In this document: one piece after another, positions 29,922 through 39,346 of the stretch
Position numbering within the stretch: the first letter of the stretch is position 1
How the letters are laid out: every line of letters begins with the position of its first letter
Assembly: GCA_023390655.1 (NCBI GenBank)
Contig: JAEWCL010000015.1
Coordinates: 48,946-112,945, forward strand
Direction: 5' to 3'
DNA: 64,000 bases
Source of the DNA: Bacillota bacterium
GTDB lineage: Bacteria > Bacillota > Clostridia > Christensenellales > CAG-138
Notes under the pieces: generated by a model
The model's database searches: none
What the model was told of the DNA's origin: nothing
What the model saw: only the letters and a program-made list of their open reading frames with translations
Translations under genes and position numbers: made by a program

Positions 29922-31448
29922 TCAAATGTTCCCAATGCCCTCCGAAATTGCATGAACCGGTGACTCGTTGAGCGGCCCAAGCGGCCCGTAACTTTCTATG
30001 GGATCATAGATGGTCACGGTGCAGGCGTCGCCTTCAAAATGAAAGCGGAGTTCCTTTTCAAAAGAGGTCTCAATCCAGCGCGCAAAAACAGAGAATGTTT
30101 TTTCCGTAATCCAGGCGCCGCTCAGGTACAAAAGCGTTGCGGCTTCTTGGGCAATAGAAAGCGTGTTAAGTGCCCGTGAGCCGTCCAGCGCAACATAAAG
30201 GCAGCGGGGGGAGCCGCCCAGTTGAATGTAAAGCATACAGGTATGTTTTTCAAAAGAGAAAGCAAATTTCGAGATGCCACCTGAGGCATGTATGCCACAA
30301 AACAGAGACAGTGTTGGATTCTCAAGCCGCAGAACACCAGAAGTCACGCCGTATACTCTGCCGCCGACAATACTTGCATAGCGCGAAAAGGGCTGATAAA
30401 CCGGACGCGGCAGGCTGAGGCAACTCAATCGCCTCGCCAAATGCGCGGCAGCTGCCGGTTGTTCCTGGATAGGGCCATCTGCCGTTATGTCATTTAGAAA
30501 ATCCCATAGTGCATCCAAGGTTTTTTGCGGCCCATCAATGCCTTTTCCAGTCTCGGTAATAGAAATAAGCATGTTTTGCCGCGGCAGTACAACGCAGAAC
30601 TGTCCCATCGCGCCATCCGCGCGATATGCGCCTTCCGGCCGGCACATCCATATTTGAAATCCGTATCCACATACGTTATCGTATGCAAAAGGATACTCGA
30701 CACCTTGCATGGAAGAATCAATTTGTGCGGAGGTAGCAAGCCTAATGTACTCAGAGGAGAGAATCTGCTCACCCCCCGCAAAGCCGCCATCGGCATAAAG
30801 CTTCATCAGGCGCAGGTTATCTTCCGTGGTGGCATACAAGCCCGCCCCGGCTGCTTCAGTACCATCCGGCATATAAACCCATTTAAGATTATCGGCATCG
30901 ATACCGATTTTGTCAAACAGCTTCACTTTAAGATAATGGCGCAGATCAGTATTGGTGCACTTTTTAATAATGGCAGCAAGCAGGGAAGAGCCTATGCTAT
31001 TGTACATGAAGGTGCTTCCGGGCGGATGTATGACCGGTGTTGCAAGAAAATCTCTGATCCAGCCGGAAGAAGGGGATGGCATATTCTCCATCCCGCAACC
31101 CATGCAAAGTATGTCGCGGATTGTGAGTTGTTGCAGAAAAGGGCTAATCTCTGATGGAGCTTCCTCGGCAAAAAGATCAATGATCCGGTTTTCAAGTTGC
31201 AGCAGGCCTTCCGTATACGCAATGCCGATTGCGGTGGCTGCATATGTTTTTGTAACGGACATCAGGTTGTGGGGAACTCCAGGCGCGTAGGGCCTCCACC
31301 AGCCTTCCGCGCAGATCTTCCCAAACCGCATGATCTGCAGGCTGTGCATCTCTGTAAAGCCGCCTTCAAGTACATTCAAAAGTTTCTCGATTGCCGCGCT
31401 GGAAATTCCAACCGATTCAGGTGTTACGCGCGGAAATTCAACTCGCAT
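29922..31448 (-). CDS. serine hydrolase, beta-lactamase (class C/family VIII esterase-like) fold
   Basis: S-x-x-K motif (MSVTKTY) near residue 64, no signal peptide, and an extra C-terminal domain of about 170 aa. Confidence 0.8.
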   Translation of the reverse strand: MRVEFPRVTPESVGISSAAIEKLLNVLEGGFTEMHSLQIMRFGKICAEGWWRPYAPGVPHNLMSVTKTYAATAIGIAYTEGLLQLENRIIDLFAEEAPSEISPFLQQLTIRDILCMGCGMENMPSPSSGWIRDFLATPVIHPPGSTFMYNSIGSSLLAAIIKKCTNTDLRHYLKVKLFDKIGIDADNLKWVYMPDGTEAAGAGLYATTEDNLRLMKLYADGGFAGGEQILSSEYIRLATSAQIDSSMQGVEYPFAYDNVCGYGFQIWMCRPEGAYRADGAMGQFCVVLPRQNMLISITETGKGIDGPQKTLDALWDFLNDITADGPIQEQPAAAAHLARRLSCLSLPRPVYQPFSRYASIVGGRVYGVTSGVLRLENPTLSLFCGIHASGGISKFAFSFEKHTCMLYIQLGGSPRCLYVALDGSRALNTLSIAQEAATLLYLSGAWITEKTFSVFARWIETSFEKELRFHFEGDACTVTIYDPIESYGPLGPLNESPVHAISEGIGNI

Positions 31449-31496
31449 TGCAAAGCCTCTTTTCTATTTTAATTTTATCATAAAGGAAAATTAGAA

Positions 31497-31516
31497 AATG
31501 TCAATCGATTGACATT
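31497..31516. promoter_or_regulatory. LacI-family operator, perfect 20-bp palindrome
   Basis: AATGTCAATCGATTGACATT equals its own reverse complement. It lies between the divergent serine hydrolase and lacI-family genes. Confidence 0.6.
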
Positions 31517-31537
31517 ATGTATAAAACATGTTACAAA
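31509..31537 (+). promoter_or_regulatory. putative sigma-A promoter of the LacI gene
   Basis: TTGACA, a 17-nt spacer, then TGtTACAAA. The -35 element is embedded in the palindromic operator. Confidence 0.4.
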
Positions 31538-31569
31538 GATAGTATATACTCAAAGAAACAGGAGACGAT

Positions 31570-32547
31570 ATGGCAACACTCAAGGATGTAGCCGAACGTG
31601 CGGGAGTTACTGTAACAACAGTGTCTAGAATGTTGAATAAAAAGGCACAGGTTAGCAAGAAAACCCGTGAAAAAATTAATCAGGCGTTCAAGGAACTCGA
31701 TTACCAACCCAATGAGCTAGCAAGGTCGCTTTCGAAGAAAACCAGCAGCTTCATTGGCCTAATTATATCTTCTGCACAAAACTATTTCTATTGCAAGGTC
31801 ATTGACTATGTAGAGCGTTATTCGACGCAGTATGGGTATAAGCTGCTGCTATGCGTTTCCAATCATGAGCCTGAAAAAGAACGCGAATACTTTAACATGC
31901 TAAAGGCGCATAAAGTGGCTGGGGTAATTCTAGGAAGTCATACGCAGAATCTGGATTTGAGCGATGCAAATTTTGAATCACCAATCATCACGTTTGATCG
32001 TATGATCTCCACCTCTATACCGGCTGTGGGATCAGATAACTATCATGGGGGCGTATTGGCTGCAAAGCATCTGCTTGCAAAAGGTTGCAAAAAGCCCGCG
32101 TTTTTTACAGTTTCGCCGGTGGCGGGATTCATGGCCAATATGCGCTATAATGGATTTTCAGAGATTTGGCTACAACATGATATCAAGCCAATTTACTATG
32201 AAGCACCATATGAGCGAATGATATCCATGCGTTATGAAGATGCGATTGAGGATTTTTTCAAACAGCATCCGGATGTGGATAGCATCTTTACATCCAATGA
32301 TATTGCTGCTGTGGAATTTCTCAGGTTCTGCCTGCGCAACGGCATTAGCGTCCCTCAGCAGGTAAAGGTGATTGGATACGACGATATCGAGCTTGCGGGC
32401 ATCTATACGCCCGCGTTAACGACAATCCGGCAGCCGGTGGAGGATATTTGCCGGTTTTCGGTAGAAAGCATTGTCAATTACAAGGAAAAAAGCATACCGA
32501 TCAGCACCATATTCCCTGTTCAATTGATTGAACGAGAAAGTACATGA
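31570..32547 (+). CDS. LacI-family transcriptional regulator
   Basis: MATLKDVAERAGVTVTTVSRMLN HTH followed by a PBP-I ligand domain. AGGAG RBS. Confidence 0.9.
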   Translation: MATLKDVAERAGVTVTTVSRMLNKKAQVSKKTREKINQAFKELDYQPNELARSLSKKTSSFIGLIISSAQNYFYCKVIDYVERYSTQYGYKLLLCVSNHEPEKEREYFNMLKAHKVAGVILGSHTQNLDLSDANFESPIITFDRMISTSIPAVGSDNYHGGVLAAKHLLAKGCKKPAFFTVSPVAGFMANMRYNGFSEIWLQHDIKPIYYEAPYERMISMRYEDAIEDFFKQHPDVDSIFTSNDIAAVEFLRFCLRNGISVPQQVKVIGYDDIELAGIYTPALTTIRQPVEDICRFSVESIVNYKEKSIPISTIFPVQLIEREST

Positions 32548-32740
32548 AACGGATGGCTCACGCTTTGATATGCGGAGATGTCAACCGAATAACAATCGAA
32601 CTTGTTGCTTGTGTTGATTAATTATGCAGACGGACATAAAGAAGCTTTAAATAAGATGCCCCCTTTCGCACTAACCGTCTATTTCAGGCGGTTAGTGTTT
32701 TATTAGCAATGATGTTTTGTCGTGTATTTTTTTGAGATCG

Positions 32741-32762
32741 AAATGTCAAACGGTTGACATTT
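32741..32762. promoter_or_regulatory. second LacI-family operator (near-palindrome)
   Basis: AAATGTCAAACGGTTGACATTT shares the ATGTCAA/TTGACAT arms with the site at 31497. Only the central bases differ. Confidence 0.55.
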
Positions 32763-32782
32763 ATTTCGCGGTAGTATATGAT
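32754..32782 (+). promoter_or_regulatory. putative sigma-A promoter of the ABC/esterase/phosphorylase operon
   Basis: TTGACA, a 17-nt spacer, then TATGAT. The -35 element lies inside the operator. Confidence 0.55.
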
Positions 32783-32838
32783 TTATTCGTATTACACAGG
32801 CGTGGCATATCATTATCACACATCTTTAGGAGGTAATT

Positions 32839-34221
32839 ATGAACAGAAGTCGAATCTTGGCATTGTTTCTTGCAGTTCTGATGCTGTCGACCGTATTCGT
32901 GGCCTGCGCCAAAAAACCGGAAAGCCCGGCAAGCGCAGACACAACCGCGAGGTCTGCCCAACCCGCAAGCACCCCCGCACAAACGGATGCTCCTGGTGAT
33001 ACACAGAAAGAGGTAAAGATCACATATTTTAATACTTCCGCGGAAGTAAACACCATGTTTGAAAGCATGTTTGCAAGGTACCATGAACTTCACCCGAATG
33101 TAACAATTGAATTAATCCCTACGGGCATTGGAGAAGGCCAGCAGGAAAAACTGCAATCCTTATACGCCTCTGGAAATGCGCCGACATTTATGAACGTCGA
33201 TCCGGCTAATGTCATCGAATATAAAGACAGGTTGCTTGAGCTGACGAAGCAGGCGCAGCCTTGGCTGGAGCAGGCCAACGACGGCGTCATTGACGCAGGC
33301 ACGTTTGACGGTAAGATTTTAGGCGTTCCTTTCAGCGTACAGGGGTATGGCCTGCTTTACAACAAACGGGTTGTAGAAGAAGTATATGGCGGTTCGTTTG
33401 ATCCTTCCATAATTAACACACGCGATGCACTCAAGGCATTCCTCGAAAAGATTGAGGCGGCTGGTGTTCCCGCTACCATGCTTCATGGCGCAAACTGGTC
33501 TCTGGGCGGGCACTACCTGACGCTGAGTTATGCAGTACAAGGGCCTGCGACATCGGATGGAACAGGATTTATTGATGCAATCAAGGCTGGAACGGCCAAG
33601 ATTGAAGATAGCCCGATTTTCCAGGGCTACATGGATACGCTGGACCTTCTCATTGCGCACAATTATAACAAGGCCGATCCGTTGGTGGGGGATTTCAACA
33701 AAGACGTACAATCCTTTGCAGAGGGAAAATGCGCAACATTCTTTATGGGGGACTGGGCGTGGACATCTATGACTTCTCTTGAAAATATTGACAAGGAGTA
33801 CGGATTTATTCCGATACCCTGGAGCAACAATTCGGGCGATTATGGCAACACCCAGGTTGTTATGGTACTGCCGAAGTTTAATGCCATTGACAAATCCCAA
33901 AACACGCCCGAGCAGCAGCAGGCTGCTTTGGAAGTACTCGAATGGATGCTTACCGATCCCGAAGGGCAACAATTCTTCCTGGACGCCGGGTTCTGCATGC
34001 CGTACAAGAATGTCCGGAGCGATGTGACGTATAACTCTATGACACAATCGATTGCGGACTATGCAAACGACGGCAAGACAATCAATCTTGGCTGCTTCTC
34101 CTACATCACAGGTGATGCGTGGACCGAGACGGGCAACCTGATGCTAAAGTACCTTGCAAAAGCAATAGACAGGCAGCAGCTTGCGCAGGGCATCAATGAT
34201 TATTGGAAAAGCGTGAAGTAA
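32839..34221 (+). CDS. ABC transporter extracellular solute-binding lipoprotein (family 1)
   Basis: TAGGAGG RBS, a lipobox (VFVAC), a Pro/Ala/Thr linker and an SBP_bac_1-like body. Confidence 0.9.
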   Translation: MNRSRILALFLAVLMLSTVFVACAKKPESPASADTTARSAQPASTPAQTDAPGDTQKEVKITYFNTSAEVNTMFESMFARYHELHPNVTIELIPTGIGEGQQEKLQSLYASGNAPTFMNVDPANVIEYKDRLLELTKQAQPWLEQANDGVIDAGTFDGKILGVPFSVQGYGLLYNKRVVEEVYGGSFDPSIINTRDALKAFLEKIEAAGVPATMLHGANWSLGGHYLTLSYAVQGPATSDGTGFIDAIKAGTAKIEDSPIFQGYMDTLDLLIAHNYNKADPLVGDFNKDVQSFAEGKCATFFMGDWAWTSMTSLENIDKEYGFIPIPWSNNSGDYGNTQVVMVLPKFNAIDKSQNTPEQQQAALEVLEWMLTDPEGQQFFLDAGFCMPYKNVRSDVTYNSMTQSIADYANDGKTINLGCFSYITGDAWTETGNLMLKYLAKAIDRQQLAQGINDYWKSVK

Positions 34222-34236
34222 AGGCGGAATGGGATA

Positions 34237-34264
34237 GGGCGGATAATTGTATGATTATCCGCCC
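34237..34264 (+). other. intercistronic stem-loop 3' of the SBP gene
   Basis: Perfect 11-bp stem GGGCGGATAAT / ATTATCCGCCC with a 6-nt loop, located just before the permease RBS. Confidence 0.5.
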
Positions 34265-34280
34265 TGAAAAAGGAGCGACA

Positions 34281-35165
34281 ATGAAGAAACAGAACAAAGC
34301 GCTCAGAAATGCGGGTACGTTCCTGACGTTTATGGGTCCTTCCCTGATCGCATTTACCTGCGTGCTGTTTATCCCGCTTATTTACGGATTCTATTTGACA
34401 TTTACCAATTACAGCCCAATCACGGGAGCACAGGAACTTATTGGATTTAACAACTATATTGCTGTTTTTACGGATGCGGAATTTTTAGAGCAGTTTGCAA
34501 AGACTTTGGGCTATGTGTTTTTCTCTGCTGTTCTTTGCAATGTGCTCGCATTTATCCTCGCTTTCCTGCTGACAAGCAGCATCAAAGGCCAAAGCTTCTT
34601 TCGTGCCGGTTTTTTTACACCCAACTTAATCGGCGGCGTAATCCTCGGATACATATGGAAATTTATTTTTGCCAATGTCGTTACGCTTATTGGCAAAAGT
34701 CTAGAATATGAGCCGTTGATGACATCGTTTTTGACCAATCCTGAAAGAGCGGTCTGGGCGATGGTAATTGTAACCGTGTGGCAATATGCGGGTTACTTGA
34801 TGATGATCTATATTGCTGGGTTTGTTGGCGTCCCGCGCGATGTTCAGGAAGCGGCCGAACTTGACGGAGCAACCGGTATTATGAAATTGTTCCGCGTGAC
34901 TATTCCGCTGATGGTGCCCTCGTTTATCATTTGTTTCTTCATATCCGTATCAAGGGGCTTCATGGCGTATGACCTGAATCTAGCTCTGACGAACGGACAG
35001 CCATATGGCGCAACGCGCCTTGCAGCAATGCATATTTACCAGAAGGCATTTCAGGCAAACCAATATGGCGTGGGGCAGGCGGAGGCAATCATTTTGTTTA
35101 TTGCCGTTGCAATCGCCGCCGTATCACAAGTTATTTTGAGCAAAAAACTTGAGGTGGAAGCATGA
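34281..35165 (+). CDS. carbohydrate ABC transporter permease (CUT1)
   Basis: Trimmed to ATG 34281 (AAAGGAG upstream). EAA loop VQEAAELDGATGIMKLF. Confidence 0.9.
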   Translation: MKKQNKALRNAGTFLTFMGPSLIAFTCVLFIPLIYGFYLTFTNYSPITGAQELIGFNNYIAVFTDAEFLEQFAKTLGYVFFSAVLCNVLAFILAFLLTSSIKGQSFFRAGFFTPNLIGGVILGYIWKFIFANVVTLIGKSLEYEPLMTSFLTNPERAVWAMVIVTVWQYAGYLMMIYIAGFVGVPRDVQEAAELDGATGIMKLFRVTIPLMVPSFIICFFISVSRGFMAYDLNLALTNGQPYGATRLAAMHIYQKAFQANQYGVGQAEAIILFIAVAIAAVSQVILSKKLEVEA

Positions 35166-35986
35166 CGGGGAAAAGCAGAAACAAATGGCCGATTTATGTA
35201 GCAGTATGGGTACTCCTTATTCTATTTGTGGCGCCGTTTTATTTGATGATCATCAATTCTTTTAAAACGACGCAGCAGTTCGTCGACAGCCCATTTTCCC
35301 TGCCGGGCAGCCTTGATTTTAAAAATTATATCTCGGCATTTGAAAAGATGAATTTTCTCAACGCCATAAAAAACAGTGCTCTGATTACGCTAATCAGTGT
35401 TGCCGCTATTATACTGACATCCTCTATGGCAGCGTATTTTCTTGTACGCTACAAATGGAGAACAAACAAGATTATTTTCGCCATATTGGTTGCATCCATG
35501 ATTGTACCGTTTCAGGCGATTATGATACCGCTTGTAAGCATTTATGGAAACCTGCAGCTTATGAACAGCAAGTGGGTGCTGATGTTTATGTATTTGGGAT
35601 TTGGGCAGGCGTTTGCAATTTTCATATTCCATGGCTTTATCAAGAATATTCCTCTTGAAATGGAGGAGGCTGCGCTGATTGATGGGTGCAACAGAATCCA
35701 GTCTTTCTTCAAAATCGTATTTCCACTGTTGCGTCCGGTAATGGTAACGGTACTCATTCTTGATGTGCTGTGGATATGGAACGATTATCTGCTTCCAAGT
35801 CTTGTATTGCTTTCGCCGGTAGAGCGGACATTGCCGTTATCGACCTATAGTTTTTTCAATTCCTACAGCGTAGACTTTGCACCGCTCATGGCGGGTATTG
35901 TGCTAACCATATTGCCTGTACTGGTTGCATATCTGTTTGCGCAAAAGCAAATTGTAAAAGGCGTTGTGCAGGGGGCAATTAAGTAA
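35162..35986 (+). CDS. carbohydrate ABC transporter permease (CUT1)
   Basis: Overlaps the upstream gene (ATGA). EAA loop MEEAALIDGCNRIQSFF. Confidence 0.9.
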   Translation: MTGKSRNKWPIYVAVWVLLILFVAPFYLMIINSFKTTQQFVDSPFSLPGSLDFKNYISAFEKMNFLNAIKNSALITLISVAAIILTSSMAAYFLVRYKWRTNKIIFAILVASMIVPFQAIMIPLVSIYGNLQLMNSKWVLMFMYLGFGQAFAIFIFHGFIKNIPLEMEEAALIDGCNRIQSFFKIVFPLLRPVMVTVLILDVLWIWNDYLLPSLVLLSPVERTLPLSTYSFFNSYSVDFAPLMAGIVLTILPVLVAYLFAQKQIVKGVVQGAIK

Positions 35987-37101
35987 TGCTTGAAATCGGC
36001 TATAAAGAATTGCAGACATCTGTACGTTTCTTTGGAAGAACATTTGCTGATGAGGCGTGCGGAGCGGTCTTTTTTAACTGGACGGGTGCGGGTTTTACAC
36101 TCACATTTGAGGGGACAAGACTTGATGTTACGCTGCTTGCATACGAAACGGTGTTTCTTCCGGAGGGTATACATTGGCCATGGATATCCGTCTTTGTAGA
36201 TGGAGGAGAGCGCCCTGCAACAGAGTTTTGCATCGACAGGCGCGCTGCAACATATACCCTATTCCAGAGTGAGACCTGCGAACGACATACAATCCGGGTT
36301 GTGAAGCGTTCCGAAAACGACAAGGGCAAGCTTGGCCTTGCTGCGATAGGAGGCGAAGGAAGGCTTTTGCCGGTGGAATATCCGGCAACGCCCCGCCGGC
36401 TTGAGTTTGTTGGAGATTCTATCACTTGCGGATTTGGAAATGCGGCGAATGGGCGTGATGACCCTTTTCGCACGGAATGCGAGGATGGGTTACAAACATA
36501 TGCGGCTCTCGCGGCAAACATGCTTGGTGCGGAATATCATAGCATATGCATCTCCGGCATTTCGCTTTGCATGCCGCTTGAACCGGGATTTCGCCTCAGG
36601 TTGCCGGAAAATCCGGATATGGGGTTCCCCATACGCGCAATGGAAAACTACTATTTATATACAGACCGCCCTTATGAGGAAAAGATAGGCCGGGAGAGCG
36701 GATTTCAGGAATGGACATTTTCTGAGTTTGTTCCCGACGCAATCATCTTGAACCTTGGAACAAACGACTCATTCCGCATTAAAGCTGCCAAGGATAAGAG
36801 AAACGAAGAAGCACATTTTGAAGAATCATACCAAGCGTATCTTGCTTCTTTACGCAGGTACAATGGAAGTAAACCGATAATTGCATGTACGTTAGGTCCT
36901 ATGGACTATTATCTGTATGATAATATACTGCGCGCGGCGGAAAGACATCAGAAGGAAGCGAGAGACGAACGGATATTTTGTTTAAAATTCGGCGGCATTT
37001 TTCCCTGGCAGGAAGGCTATGGCGGAGGAGAGCATCCTTCTACTGCTACACACAGGCGCATGGCAGTAGAACTAACGCACGAACTGAAGCGCTGGCTGTG
37101 A
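35986..37101 (+). CDS. SGNH/GDSL hydrolase, carbohydrate esterase family 2-like
   Basis: The N-terminal roughly 130 aa are non-catalytic. SGNH blocks follow: FVGDSITCGFGN, LNLGTNDS, GGEHPSTATH. There is no signal peptide, and the start overlaps the permease stop (TAATG). Confidence 0.7.
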   Translation: MLEIGYKELQTSVRFFGRTFADEACGAVFFNWTGAGFTLTFEGTRLDVTLLAYETVFLPEGIHWPWISVFVDGGERPATEFCIDRRAATYTLFQSETCERHTIRVVKRSENDKGKLGLAAIGGEGRLLPVEYPATPRRLEFVGDSITCGFGNAANGRDDPFRTECEDGLQTYAALAANMLGAEYHSICISGISLCMPLEPGFRLRLPENPDMGFPIRAMENYYLYTDRPYEEKIGRESGFQEWTFSEFVPDAIILNLGTNDSFRIKAAKDKRNEEAHFEESYQAYLASLRRYNGSKPIIACTLGPMDYYLYDNILRAAERHQKEARDERIFCLKFGGIFPWQEGYGGGEHPSTATHRRMAVELTHELKRWL

Positions 37102-37129
37102 AAATTATGAAAACCAAGAGGATTTCGCA

Positions 37130-38560
37130 ATGGCGGTAGAAAACAAGGTGATGCTGATTACCTACGCGGACAGCATGGGCGGAGATTTGAAAATCTTAGA
37201 ACAATTGCTCAAAGCTTATTTTCAAAAAGCACTGGGGAGTATCCATATCCTTCCGTTTTATCCATCTTCCGCAGACCGCGGGTTTGCGCCGATGACTTAT
37301 CGAGAAGTGGATCCATCATTTGGCACATGGCAGGATGTAGAGAGAATTTCAAAAAACTTCGGCCTGATGTATGATTTTATGATCAATCACATTTCCAGAA
37401 GTTCAGAATATTTTCAGGACTTTGTTGCGCACAAGGATGCTTCTAGATACCGTGATTTGTTTATCCGTTGGGAATCATTCTGGGACGAAGGGCGGCCATA
37501 TCCAAGCGATATTGATGCCATCTATAAAAGAAAGCCAAGACATCCGTTTACAGAAGTTGCGTTTGCGGATGGATCGTCAGGAAAAGTATGGTGCACATTT
37601 GACAATGAGCAGATTGATCTTGATCTGACCAGTACTGTTGGAAAGACGTTCGTTTTTGAAAATCTAAAATATTTGTCGCAGCGGGGGGCATCAGTCATCC
37701 GTCTGGATGCCTTTGCATATGCAATCAAAAAGCAGGGGACAAGCTGCTTTTTCCTAGAGCCGGAAATTTATACGCTGCTTGAAGAGATTCAGGATCATCT
37801 TACGCCTTATGGTGTACTGGTGCTTCCGGAAATACATGAGCACTACACCATGCAGCTGAAGCTTTCGCAAAAAGGGTTTTGGGTATATGATTTCGCGCTG
37901 CCTATGTTGATGCTTTACAGCATTTATGAGGGCAAAGCGGGCCGACTTTTCAACTGGCTGAAAATTTGCCCACGAAAGCAATTCACAACCCTAGATACAC
38001 ATGATGGCATCGGCATAGTGGATGTGATGGGCCTCTTAAGCGAGCGGGAAATAGAGCAGACCAAGCAAAACATATTCAATCGTGGTGTTAATGTCAAGCC
38101 CGCATATAATACCATGAGCTACAATAATCTTGATATTTATCAGATTAACAGCACGTTCTATTCCGCGCTTGGAAACCGGGATGACGCGTATCTGCTCTCC
38201 CGTGCGGTGCAATTTTTTGCACCGGGTATTCCCCAGGTATATTATGTGGGATTGCTAGCGGGAGAAAACGATATTGATCTGCTTGAGGCAACCAAAATCG
38301 GTAGGAATATCAACCGGCATAGCTACAAGCAATATGAAGTGGATGAGGCTCTAAAGCGTCCGGTTGTGCAAAAATTGATCGCACTGATGGAATTCCGCAA
38401 TACCTGTCCAGCGTTTAACGGAGCGTTCAGAGTAGAGCAGCAGGATGCATCCACTCTGCTGTTAACCTGGACAAATGGAGAGCATCTTGCACAATTAATT
38501 GCTAATTTTCAGGATATAAGCTATCAAATTTCATATACAGGTGGCGGGCAATTGACATAG
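37130..38560 (+). CDS. GH13_18 sucrose phosphorylase-family glucoside phosphorylase
   Basis: Motifs seen: ITYADSMGG, HILPFYPSSADRGFAPMTYREVDPSFG, VIRLDAFAY (nucleophile), LPEIHEHY (acid/base), TLDTHDGIG, NLDIYQINSTFYSALG. Confidence 0.85.
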   Translation: MAVENKVMLITYADSMGGDLKILEQLLKAYFQKALGSIHILPFYPSSADRGFAPMTYREVDPSFGTWQDVERISKNFGLMYDFMINHISRSSEYFQDFVAHKDASRYRDLFIRWESFWDEGRPYPSDIDAIYKRKPRHPFTEVAFADGSSGKVWCTFDNEQIDLDLTSTVGKTFVFENLKYLSQRGASVIRLDAFAYAIKKQGTSCFFLEPEIYTLLEEIQDHLTPYGVLVLPEIHEHYTMQLKLSQKGFWVYDFALPMLMLYSIYEGKAGRLFNWLKICPRKQFTTLDTHDGIGIVDVMGLLSEREIEQTKQNIFNRGVNVKPAYNTMSYNNLDIYQINSTFYSALGNRDDAYLLSRAVQFFAPGIPQVYYVGLLAGENDIDLLEATKIGRNINRHSYKQYEVDEALKRPVVQKLIALMEFRNTCPAFNGAFRVEQQDASTLLLTWTNGEHLAQLIANFQDISYQISYTGGGQLT

Positions 38561-38618
38561 AGAGTCGGAATATAGACCTCTCAATGTATTAATACATACA
38601 GTATTCACTCCCAGCGGC

Positions 38619-38657
38619 AAACCCTCCTTCCCATTACGGGAAGAAGGGTTTATTTTA
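38619..38657 (+). terminator. rho-independent terminator of the ABC/esterase/phosphorylase operon
   Basis: AAACCCTCCTTCCC-ATTAC-GGGAAGAAGGGTTT (one mismatch) followed by ATTTTAGTT. Confidence 0.75.
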
Positions 38658-39239
38658 GTTACATGGACGGGCAAGCCACGATTACGCCAGGGAATCTTTT
38701 TGCTGTACCCACAAGGCGGCAGATTGACCACGATCGCTACATGGACCGTTATACCCGGAGTACTCCGTTAAATTAGATGAAATACTCCTACTCTCATAAA
38801 AGTCGAAAGCTTTGTGAGTGCGAGGGACAACCCACGTATCTCGCTGAGCGTATAGACGAAATCGTATCCTAGGTTCTTCGGCATCTTTTTTCCGGTATGA
38901 GGGTACAGCCTATCAAGAGCGGTTAGAGGCCACGTTGAGCAGCAAATTGCTTTCAATCGTACACACAGAAAAAGGCATCCATGATCTTGAAAAGAGCCGG
39001 CAGTTGGTTGGTAGGCTGCAAGAGGAGGAGCGTTGTCTAGTCAAAGTATCTACTCTCCTGAGGACATACCAAAGCGCTAACGGCTGTAAAGGAGCATACC
39101 TCTTCTTTGGAGCAGCAATATGCAGTTTGGAGGATGATGCGTTCAATCATCCTCTAACCATTGAAAAAGTGCATCTCCGATATGAATTAGGCCAGCAGGT
39201 ACTTCCATCAATCATCTATATATTTCTTATTTACATATA

Positions 39240-39248
39240 TGTTAGAAT
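39240..39248 (+). promoter_or_regulatory. candidate extended -10 promoter element for the synthase operon
   Basis: TGTTAGAAT (TGn plus TAGAAT) about 100 nt upstream of the start. No good -35 was seen. Confidence 0.3.
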
Positions 39249-39346
39249 TACATGCTAGAAATTGTATTGAAGCGGTATGATTGTTTGGCTCTTTCAGAAC
39301 TCTGCAGGCGTGAACAATTTGAACCTTTTATTGGAGTGTGGATTTC

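Noticed and set aside
33319-34047. 242-aa minus-strand ORF inside the 32839..34221 binding-protein gene
   Set aside because: It is an antisense shadow. The plus strand has an RBS, a lipobox and an SBP-like sequence.
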